Source of the DNA: Bacteroidota bacterium
Lineage (GTDB): Bacteria > Bacteroidota > Bacteroidia > Bacteroidales > JAADJA01
DNA length: 64,000 nucleotides
NCBI GenBank assembly: GCA_020444515.1
Contig: JAHLKX010000011.1
Location: forward strand, 28,862-92,861
Direction: 5' to 3'
In this document: positions 20,405 through 28,978 of the stretch, piece after piece
How positions within the stretch are numbered: position 1 is the stretch's first letter
How the letters are laid out: each line of letters opens with the position of its first letter
The notes under the pieces: model-generated
What the model was told of the DNA's origin: nothing
What the model saw: only the letters and a program-made list of their open reading frames with translations
Databases searched by the model: none
Program-made: the position numbers and the translations under genes

Positions 20405-21352
20405 TTAATTGATGTTCTTATTTGTAATTTTTATTTTATCACATAAGCGATTGATAAAAACATCGTTGGTACCACAGCAACCTCCAAATATTTTGAAATG
20501 GAATTGCTGCTGTAAGAAATGCATTTCGTCGACTAAGTTACTAAAATCGTCTTGCTGAAGACCATGGCAGTTATTTAATTCATCAGGACTTAAAATGGAT
20601 GCATTGGCTTGTATTCCCATCATTCTTTTTAATTCAGACCTTCCGCTATTTTTTTCATGAGACAAGGCTATAATTAAATTTGTAGGGTGGACGCAATTAC
20701 ACATAAAACAAATTGGTTTTGGAATTACATGTTCGTCAATTCTTTTAATCGCCTCCGATATCGAGGTCCCATCCAGTAAACAGCCTTCGTTTCGAATCAT
20801 AAAACTAATGATGTAAGGAATATTTGTTTCGGCCATCGCTTTAGCCATTCCAATTGCTTCATTTATTTCAGGCATTATTCCGGCAAATAAAAAGTCAACT
20901 TTTTCTTTTTGAAATTGAATTGTTTGATGCTTATGAAAAGAATATGACTCCCTAATATTCAATATTTCCCTGCCACAATAGGCATCTCCTCTACATCCTA
21001 ATAATCCTCCTATTAATATATTTTTCGCATAACCATCGTATCCATCCTTTATTTTATTTAGAAATGCACAACTGTTTCGAATTATATTTTTATCTCTAAA
21101 ATTTGAATCTTTTATTGATTCGGAATTCACTCTCCTTGTCGGAGTCATAATCATTATAGGAATGTTGTGCTTTTCACCGATTTCAATATATTGCCTGTAA
21201 AGCAATTCTAAGATGTGAGGTTCATTGTAGATCAAACCAGCATGATTTATGGCAACATCCATTTCTGCATGATATTCTGTTTTAAGTCTTTCAACAATCG
21301 CTCCCTCTGTCAGAATGATTTTATATTCATGAAATATTTTTTCAAAAGACAT
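20405..21352 (-). CDS. Homocysteine S-methyltransferase family protein
   Basis: ILTEGAIVERL, GCRGDAY, NCVHP, GGCCGT Zn-binding motif. Confidence 0.88.
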   Translation of the reverse strand: MSFEKIFHEYKIILTEGAIVERLKTEYHAEMDVAINHAGLIYNEPHILELLYRQYIEIGEKHNIPIMIMTPTRRVNSESIKDSNFRDKNIIRNSCAFLNKIKDGYDGYAKNILIGGLLGCRGDAYCGREILNIRESYSFHKHQTIQFQKEKVDFLFAGIMPEINEAIGMAKAMAETNIPYIISFMIRNEGCLLDGTSISEAIKRIDEHVIPKPICFMCNCVHPTNLIIALSHEKNSGRSELKRMMGIQANASILSPDELNNCHGLQQDDFSNLVDEMHFLQQQFHFKIFGGCCGTNDVFINRLCDKIKITNKNIN

Positions 21353-21763
21353 TTTTTAGTTCCTCAAATTTCAGTTACTAATCTTGAACTTATTGATTGT
21401 AAATATATATTTATATTTCAAAATTGCTCAATATATACATGCAACATAACTCATTTATTACAAAAACTCTGGGTCTCAGATCTATTTTCTTTTCCTTGTC
21501 CTAAACTCAAAATGACAAGCATTTATCAGGATTTAATTATATGTAACCGCTTAAGCATAGTTAAACGTTTTGGAATTTTTAATTGGAAATTATTTTTTGT
21601 GGCCTCCTTCACGGGTCGTTTTTAATATAAGGTTAATTTAGAAAAGCAATTGTTTGGATCGGTATTTAATTGATAGATGAAAAGCAAAAAAGCTCCCCTT
21701 CTCAATGGTTCAGAGTGCCCCAGCCATTGTAATTTTATTCTGAATGTCCTCTGCATTTTGTGA

Positions 21764-22306
21764 TCAGGCCAGCCCCTTTGAAAAATAGTTGATGGCCTCG
21801 GAGGCCCACACAGGAGCAGTTTCACCGGTTTCATAATAATTGCCCAGTGCTTCCATCAGGTTTTCCATCTCCAGCTTCTCAACATCGGTCAGCACCTCAT
21901 TCAATACATAATGGGCACCGGTGCGTATCCGGGGCGATTGTCCTTTTTCAATAACCAGTTGTAACAGCGGCACTATGCTTTTACGTCCGATCTTACGTAA
22001 TCCCTCTGCGGCCAACCACCTGAACTCCGATTCTTTATCGTTCATGAGTTTGATCAGCACCGGGATCGACTTTTCAGACGCAATATCTTCCAGTGCTTTA
22101 GCAGCCTCCCAGCGCAACTGATGGTTACCCGATTTAAGCAGGAGGTAAATATCCTCCAGTACCCTCTCCCCCTTTTCCTCTAGGAAATGACGAGCATTTT
22201 TACGCTTCATGGTCTTGTCGTTCATCAGGTCAGGGACTTGTTTCCTTACATCGGGTGTCAGGTTTCTGACATCTATTCCGATTTTATTATCAACTGTTGC
22301 TTTCAT
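21764..22306 (-). CDS. HEAT-repeat protein
   Basis: LRWEAAKALEDI, SIPVLIKLM, FRWLAAEGLRKIG; start at 22306 or 22333, directly after the P-type ATPase. Confidence 0.8.
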   Translation of the reverse strand: MKATVDNKIGIDVRNLTPDVRKQVPDLMNDKTMKRKNARHFLEEKGERVLEDIYLLLKSGNHQLRWEAAKALEDIASEKSIPVLIKLMNDKESEFRWLAAEGLRKIGRKSIVPLLQLVIEKGQSPRIRTGAHYVLNEVLTDVEKLEMENLMEALGNYYETGETAPVWASEAINYFSKGLA

Positions 22307-22338
22307 TTTATATAAGTTTTTAATATTGTACAATGCAT

Positions 22339-24780
22339 TTATTGATTTACGGATTGTAATTTCTTCCCGGGTAATGTTTCATTTTTAAGCATTTTATAAA
22401 TCATCTCTTTAGCACCATCTTCGATGAGGAACCAAACCAAACAATAGAGCCAAACAATGCCGGCCATTTTCCAGCCAATGGGTGTCATGAATACACCATA
22501 TACCGAAATGAGGGTGGCGATGAGCTGGGTGACAATAACGGCCAGCAACAAAGTCATCGAAGGCCGTTCGGTCCAGAAGTTTTTTCGCGTCCGGGTAACA
22601 AATATGGTGAGGTGGCCGGCCACAGACAATTTCAAATAGATCAGTGTTTGGAGGAGTTCCCTTGACAATCCAAGGTATTGTTTTCCCACGTAGAGTAACC
22701 CGAAGGATTCCACCACACCTATCACTCCCAGCACCGTAGCAAGGGTAAATACCAGTGGCATATCCCAGGCTTCGGGATGTTTCGATCCAAGGGTCCGGTC
22801 GTAGGCAATGGAGATGATGGCGCCGTCGTTGAGCAATGCCAGCAAAACGATCATCACCGCTGTGACCGGGTAAAAATTAAAGGTGAGGATCGACAGGGTC
22901 ATGAACAACAGTACACGTATGGTTTCTGTGATCCGGTAAATGGTATAGCTGTTCATCCGCTGAAAGATCTTACGACTCTCTTTAATGGCATCAATGATCA
23001 CGGAAAGTCCGGGTGTCAGCAGCACGATGGCTGATGCAGCCCTGGCCGCATCGGTAGCCCCGGAAACCGCGATCCCGGCATCGGCTTTTTTAAGGGCTGG
23101 GGCATCATTCACACCATCACCGGTCATCCCCACAATGTGTTTCTTTTTCTGCAGTACATCAACGATATGATATTTGTGCTCGGGATAAACTTCAGCAAAT
23201 CCATTGGCTTCCTCGATCCGGTCTTCCATCTGGCCACTTTCATGGTGTTTGGTATCTTCAAAAAGACTGGCATTTAAAATATTCCGACCGATTCCCAATT
23301 GCGCTGACGTTTCCCTGGCGATGGCCTCCTGGTCGCCGGTTACCATTTTAACATCGATCCCCATTTCCCGTGCATTTGCAATCACCGCTTTGCTATCATT
23401 ACGGGGCGGATCCAGCAACGGCAAAAGCCCGAGGTATTCCCAATCATTCTCCTTTTTTGATATGGCTACTCCCAGTGATCGATATCCCCTGCCTGCCAGA
23501 TCATCAATTTCTGTCTTGATCTTTTCGGCTTGTTGCTGTTCTGGATGGCAAAGGTTCAAGATCACCTGCGGGGCTCCTTTTGATACAAGCAGCTTGTTCC
23601 CATCTGCATCCTTCACTTCAGCTTCGGTACGTTTGATCACGGGATCAAAAGGTTTAAAGTGAACCATTTTAAAACGGGTATCATCCGATTGGCCGCCTCC
23701 AGCCTTGAATACAGCCGAATCAATGGGATCATCATTTTCCTTGCGTGAAGCAAGCTGCGCGTACTCCAGGACCTCATCACCGGAATAGCCATTGAAAGTG
23801 ATCACTTCACCAACTTCGAGTTTATTTTTTGTAAGTGTTCCCGTTTTATCCGAGCAGAGCACATCAATGCCAGCCAGTTCTTCGATGGAGGACAATTTCC
23901 TGACAACAGCTTTTTTCTTTGACAATATCTTTGCTCCTACCACCATGGTTACCGATAATACGGTGGGCATGGCTACCGGAATGGCAGCAATGGTCAGCAC
24001 AAGACAAAATCGCAGGATGGTCAGGAATTCATCACCTCTGTAAAGGCTCACGGCCAGGATGGCAGCCACCAGAATCAGGGCGATTATGATCAGGTAATTA
24101 CCAATTTTGAGCACAGCCTTTTGGAAGTGACTGGTAGAACCAGCCTCTTCAACCAGGGAAGTTGTCTTACCAAAGAAAGTGGAAGCCCCGGTAGCTTTTA
24201 CCACCGCAGAGGCCTCCCCTTGTCGGATCACAGACCCGGAGTATAGTAGGTCTCCCTGGAATTTATCCACAGGGAGGGATTCGCCCGTCAGGGCCGACTG
24301 ATCAGCCTGCATTTTCACTTCATCCATCAAAACGGCATCGGCCGGGACGATGTCGCCCAGTCGCAGCCGGATGATGTCACCGGGAACCAACCCGCTGGCA
24401 TCCATGGTTGACCAGTTACCATTGCGGAGCGCCCTTGCTTTTACTGCCAACGATTTTTTAAGCGCGGCCACCGCATTGTCGGCCTGGTATTCTTCAATGA
24501 AACCCACTACCGCATTGGTAAGGAGCAATAACAGGATGATACCGAAATCGGTCCAGTCGGCCACAACGGCAGACAGGATCACTGCTGCCTCTATCATCCA
24601 GGGAATAGGTCCCCAGAAATATTTAAGGAATTTGATAAATAAACTTTCCTTCTTTTCAGCTATTTCGTTAGGTCCGTATTTTTTGAGTCGAGACTGGGCT
24701 TCGGAATCACTGAGCCCATCATGAGATACATTTAATTGGCGGAAGAGTTCGTCAATTGAAATTCTGCTTTTTGATTGCAT
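22339..24780 (-). CDS. P3A-type plasma-membrane proton-efflux P-type ATPase
   Basis: GPIPWMIEAA, LTGES, IPVAMPTVLS, CSDKTGTLT, KGAPQ, TGDGVNDAPALKKAD, YRITETIR, ALLNDG (the TM5 Arg and TM6 Asp of H+-ATPases). Confidence 0.93.
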   Translation of the reverse strand: MQSKSRISIDELFRQLNVSHDGLSDSEAQSRLKKYGPNEIAEKKESLFIKFLKYFWGPIPWMIEAAVILSAVVADWTDFGIILLLLLTNAVVGFIEEYQADNAVAALKKSLAVKARALRNGNWSTMDASGLVPGDIIRLRLGDIVPADAVLMDEVKMQADQSALTGESLPVDKFQGDLLYSGSVIRQGEASAVVKATGASTFFGKTTSLVEEAGSTSHFQKAVLKIGNYLIIIALILVAAILAVSLYRGDEFLTILRFCLVLTIAAIPVAMPTVLSVTMVVGAKILSKKKAVVRKLSSIEELAGIDVLCSDKTGTLTKNKLEVGEVITFNGYSGDEVLEYAQLASRKENDDPIDSAVFKAGGGQSDDTRFKMVHFKPFDPVIKRTEAEVKDADGNKLLVSKGAPQVILNLCHPEQQQAEKIKTEIDDLAGRGYRSLGVAISKKENDWEYLGLLPLLDPPRNDSKAVIANAREMGIDVKMVTGDQEAIARETSAQLGIGRNILNASLFEDTKHHESGQMEDRIEEANGFAEVYPEHKYHIVDVLQKKKHIVGMTGDGVNDAPALKKADAGIAVSGATDAARAASAIVLLTPGLSVIIDAIKESRKIFQRMNSYTIYRITETIRVLLFMTLSILTFNFYPVTAVMIVLLALLNDGAIISIAYDRTLGSKHPEAWDMPLVFTLATVLGVIGVVESFGLLYVGKQYLGLSRELLQTLIYLKLSVAGHLTIFVTRTRKNFWTERPSMTLLLAVIVTQLIATLISVYGVFMTPIGWKMAGIVWLYCLVWFLIEDGAKEMIYKMLKNETLPGKKLQSVNQ

Positions 24781-25004
24781 AGCTTCAATTTTGCGCTATG
24801 GGTTTCAAAAAATATTCCGCAAAGGAAGTTTTGCCTTTTTTTTAGGATTGTTTAACGTTTCATGACAAAAATCAAATCGTTAAAAAAATGAGGCTTTGCA
24901 AAGCAATAGATTGTTATTACAAACAATTGTGGCCTAATAGACTTGTCATCTCAATGATGATACAACCAAATCATATGTAATAATTTATATCAATGTGAGC
25001 GGGA

Positions 25005-25511
25005 TCATGGAATTCGCTCATACGTTGCATAAGTGTGTGGAAAGGGATTTTTTTCATCAGTATAGGGGAACTTTTCCTCATCAATTTTTTTCCATTCCTT
25101 TTCATTCAGTTCAGGGAAAAAGGTATCCGCCTCAAACTTTTCGTGCACCCAGGTAATGTAGAGTTTATCGGCATGCGGCAGAAACTGCCGGTAGATGGAT
25201 GCCCCGCCAATGATAAAGTTTTCCTCCCTGGGGTTCATTTTCGAAATGGCATCATCAATGGAATAAGCCATGATGCAGTCGTCGATCTGCTCGCCCGGAA
25301 CGTCGGTCAGGATGATGTGAGTGCGGTCGGGCAATGGCCGTTTCGGAAGGGAATAATAGGTATTCTTTCCCATAATAATATAGTGCCCGGAGGTCCTTTG
25401 TTTGAACCGTTTCAAATCTTCCGACAAGTGCCAGAGGAGTTTATTATCTTTACCGATAGCGTTGTTATTGGCTACAGCAACTATTATCGAGATTTTTTTA
25501 TTCGGCTGCAT
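25005..25511 (-). CDS. folA: Dihydrofolate reductase
   Basis: IGKDNKLLWHLSEDLKRFK, IMGKNTY, RPLPDR, IIGGASIY, ADTFFP. Confidence 0.96.
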   Translation of the reverse strand: MQPNKKISIIVAVANNNAIGKDNKLLWHLSEDLKRFKQRTSGHYIIMGKNTYYSLPKRPLPDRTHIILTDVPGEQIDDCIMAYSIDDAISKMNPREENFIIGGASIYRQFLPHADKLYITWVHEKFEADTFFPELNEKEWKKIDEEKFPYTDEKNPFPHTYATYERIP

Positions 25512-25541
25512 AGGCTAAATAGTATTTGAAGAATTTTAAGA

Positions 25542-26366
25542 TTAAACACTTATTGCTCCTTTTATATGCGGATGTGACTGATATCCTACCAGTTCAAAAT
25601 CCTCAAAGTTAAACCCGAATATATCTTTCACTTCCGGGTTGATCTTCATGATCGGTAAAGGATATGGTTCACGGGTAAGTTGCAATTTACACTGATCAAT
25701 GTGATTCAGGTAGATGTGGGCATCGCCGAGGGTATGTATAAATTCACCGGGTTCAAGATCGGTTACCTGTGCCATCATCATGGTCAATAAAGCATAGGAG
25801 GCGATATTGAAGGGAACTCCCAGGAAAATATCACAACTCCGCTGGTACATCTGGCAGGAGAGTTTACCATCGGCCACATAAAACTGGAAAAACGCGTGAC
25901 AGGGTGGCAGTGCAGCACGACCTGCAGCGACATTTTCTGAAAAGGACTTTCCCGGAAGCGGAAGCACACTGGGATTCCAGGCGACAACGAGCATTCGACG
26001 ACTATCGGGATTGGTTTTTATAAGATGGATCACCTCCGCGATCTGGTCGATACCATCACCATTCCAGTTTCTCCATTGCGCCCCATAGATCGGCCCCAGA
26101 TCTCCCTTCTCATCAGCCCATTCATCCCAAATTGTCACTTTGTTATCTTTTAGATATTGAATATTGGTATCCCCTTTCAGAAACCAAAGCAATTCATGAA
26201 TAATGGACCGTAGGTGAAGCTTTTTGGTGGTGAGCACCGGAAAACCAGCTTGCAGGTCGAATCGCATCTGATATCCAAAAACACTGATTGTTCCGGTACC
26301 GGTGCGGTCGCTTTTTTCAATGCCGCGATCCAACACATGTTGCAACAGGTCAAGATATTGTTTCAT
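25542..26366 (-). CDS. thyA: Thymidylate synthase
   Basis: [52 protein letters not shown]. Confidence 0.98.
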   Translation of the reverse strand: MKQYLDLLQHVLDRGIEKSDRTGTGTISVFGYQMRFDLQAGFPVLTTKKLHLRSIIHELLWFLKGDTNIQYLKDNKVTIWDEWADEKGDLGPIYGAQWRNWNGDGIDQIAEVIHLIKTNPDSRRMLVVAWNPSVLPLPGKSFSENVAAGRAALPPCHAFFQFYVADGKLSCQMYQRSCDIFLGVPFNIASYALLTMMMAQVTDLEPGEFIHTLGDAHIYLNHIDQCKLQLTREPYPLPIMKINPEVKDIFGFNFEDFELVGYQSHPHIKGAISV

Positions 26367-26548
26367 ACCAGGTAAATCAATTTAAAAACTTTGCAAATTT
26401 AGCCCTTGCCATCCAAACCAGTGGTTCGAATCATAAGGATTTAGTTAATTAATTATTAACAAGGGAAGCGAATGACTGAAATTTCATCCATGACAGAAAC
26501 AAACATGCGAATTAAATTCATCCAAAACTCTAAACTTCGAACATCAAA

Positions 26549-28078
26549 CTACCCCAATATCATCCCCACGATGGTAGCCGATAACAGCGAGGCCAGGGTA
26601 CCACCCAATAGGGCACGCATCCCATAGCGACTCAGCAAAACCCGCTGGTTGGGAGCCAGTGATCCAATGCCCCCGATCTGTATACCGATGGAAGCAAAAT
26701 TGGCAAAACCACACAACATGTAAGTTGCCATGATGATCGACTTGGGATCGAGCATACCGGCGGCTTTCAATTCCGAAAGGCTAACATAACCAATAAACTC
26801 GGTCATGATGATTTTTTCACCCAGCAATCGGCCCACCATGGTAATATCGCTCAGCGGTATACCGATCAGCCACATGATCGGAGCGAAGGTATAACCCAGG
26901 ATAAACTGAAGAGAGAGCTCGTTGTAACGGCCGTTGGTGGCATCTGTAATAACGGCATTCAGGTTGGTCCATGCCCCTATTTTCATGGTAATGTAATTGA
27001 ACATGGCAATAAATGCAATGAACACCAACAACATGGCGGCCACATTCACAGCCAGCTTCAATCCCTGTGTGGTACCATTGGAAATGGCATCCAGCACATT
27101 GCTCCCCACATTTTCTTTGGTCACTTCAATGGTTTTATCGATGTCTTCGGTTTGTGGAACAAGGATCTTAGAAATCACTATGGCACCCGGTGCGGCCATT
27201 ACTGAGGCTGTGAGCAGGTGTTTGGCAAACAATAATTTTTGCAAGGGATCATCACCCCCCAGGAAATCAATGTAGACCGCCAGGACACCCCCTGCCAATG
27301 TTGCCATTCCACCCATCATTACCAACAGGATCTCCGATTTATTCATTTTGGGAAGGTACTCTTTGATCATCAATGGTGATTCGGTCTGTCCAAGAAAAAT
27401 ATTGCCGGCTACTGATAAACTTTCTGCACCCGAAAGCTTCATCAGCTTGGTCATTACCCAGGCCATTCCATATACGATCTTTTGGATGATACCCATATAA
27501 AACAGCAGGCTGGTCAATGCTGAAAAGAAAATGATCGTAGGGAGTATTTTCACGGCAAACGTGATCATGGCCACTTCAATTTGACCTGTCACCATCGATT
27601 CAAATAAAAACTCCACACCGGCCTGCGTGAAATCCAGCACCTTGACAAATAATTTTCCAGCAATCTCAAAAAAAGCCTGGACGAATGGAATGTACAGCAC
27701 CCCAAGGGCTAAGAGAATTTGCACCGATAGGCCGGTAAAAACAACTTTCCAGGAAACAGCCCTGCGGTTTGAACTAAATATAAAGGCAATTCCGATTAAG
27801 GCCAACATACCCAGCAAACCTCGCAAAATCGTTACCAATGAAAACCCACTGCGCGACTTATCGCGGTCAATCAGAAGATTTGAACGATCATTTCCAGCTG
27901 CATTTTGACTATCAATTTCTGTTGCCGGGAGGCTTTCCTCAACCGGACGAGAATCAATTCTGGCGATGGAGTCGGAAACTTTAGAAAGGGTATCCTGCTC
28001 CTGTGCCCGGCCTGAAAATAAGATGCCTGAAATGACGATACCCACCAGGAGTATCAATAAAATTATCTTTTTCGCCAT
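26549..28078 (-). CDS. nupC: CNT family Na+/H+-nucleoside symporter (NupC)
   Basis: LPTIIFFSAL, NIFLGQTESPL, GGMATLAG, TEFIGY, LCGFANFASIGIQIGG; likely start MAKKIIL at 28078. Confidence 0.92.
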   Translation of the reverse strand: MAKKIILLILLVGIVISGILFSGRAQEQDTLSKVSDSIARIDSRPVEESLPATEIDSQNAAGNDRSNLLIDRDKSRSGFSLVTILRGLLGMLALIGIAFIFSSNRRAVSWKVVFTGLSVQILLALGVLYIPFVQAFFEIAGKLFVKVLDFTQAGVEFLFESMVTGQIEVAMITFAVKILPTIIFFSALTSLLFYMGIIQKIVYGMAWVMTKLMKLSGAESLSVAGNIFLGQTESPLMIKEYLPKMNKSEILLVMMGGMATLAGGVLAVYIDFLGGDDPLQKLLFAKHLLTASVMAAPGAIVISKILVPQTEDIDKTIEVTKENVGSNVLDAISNGTTQGLKLAVNVAAMLLVFIAFIAMFNYITMKIGAWTNLNAVITDATNGRYNELSLQFILGYTFAPIMWLIGIPLSDITMVGRLLGEKIIMTEFIGYVSLSELKAAGMLDPKSIIMATYMLCGFANFASIGIQIGGIGSLAPNQRVLLSRYGMRALLGGTLASLLSATIVGMILG

Positions 28079-28147
28079 AAAACCGGAATTAAAAATAAGG
28101 GGAAATACATATGTTTGCATTTCCCTGAATCAAATTATATCTCCTGA

Positions 28148-28738
28148 TTACTTCTTTTTTTTTCGTTTATTGATCTCATCCCTGATGCGGCTGGCTTCCT
28201 CATACTCCTCTTTCTCCACAGCTTTACTCAACATGGATTTCAGCTCTGTCATGGAGAGGGATTCAAAAGGGCTGGCCTCTTCAGCTTCTTTTTTTATTTC
28301 CTCGCGGATGGTCGATGACTTTTTATCTTCAACAATAATCCCGGCAGCCGACATAATCTTTTCATTGGTATAAACCGGGCAATGAAATCTGAGCGCCAGC
28401 GCTACCGCATCTGATGTTCGGGCATCAATCCGATGTTCACGGTTACCATCCAGGCATACCAGCTCTGCATGAAATACGCCTTCAATAAATTTATTGATCA
28501 CTACTTCCTGTAAAGTAATATTAAATGTGTCGGCAAATCGCTTAAACAGGTCATGAGTCAGTGGTCGTGAAGGTTTCATTTTCTCCAATTCGATGGCTAT
28601 GGCTTGCGCCTCGAATCCTCCAATGATGATGGGTAGCCGTCGTTTACCATTTTTCTCGCCCAGGATCAATGCATAGGCACCGCTTTGGGATTGACTGTAA
28701 GACATACCGATTATTTCCAGTTTAATTTTATCCATCAC
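28148..28738 (-). CDS. Bifunctional nuclease (DUF151) with C-terminal UVR domain
   Basis: RLPIIIGGFEAQAIA, RPLTHDLF, DARTSDAVALA, EEYEEASRIRDEI. Confidence 0.92.
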   Translation of the reverse strand: MMDKIKLEIIGMSYSQSQSGAYALILGEKNGKRRLPIIIGGFEAQAIAIELEKMKPSRPLTHDLFKRFADTFNITLQEVVINKFIEGVFHAELVCLDGNREHRIDARTSDAVALALRFHCPVYTNEKIMSAAGIIVEDKKSSTIREEIKKEAEEASPFESLSMTELKSMLSKAVEKEEYEEASRIRDEINKRKKKK

Positions 28739-28978
28739 AAAATGCTCGCCTTTTAAATTGGAAGATAAAAGTACTATTTATTCGTTACACTCAAATTTTT
28801 TTCAACGTAAAATAACAAACCAATCCAGGAGAAACCCTCTTAAAATGCTGATAAAATAGGTATGTATAAAAATACTTCAACAAAGGTATATTTAAAAATT
28901 CTTCATAAATTAACTTTTCAAAGTATAGAAATACTTTATATTTTAGCGCCTTATTTTAGAAACCAAACAACATTATGT

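Noticed and set aside
4293-24780. Apparent cluster of eukaryote-like trafficking proteins (GOLPH3, ICMT, VPS10, P3A ATPase)
   Set aside because: Each family has many bacterial members, and the genes are not in one operon
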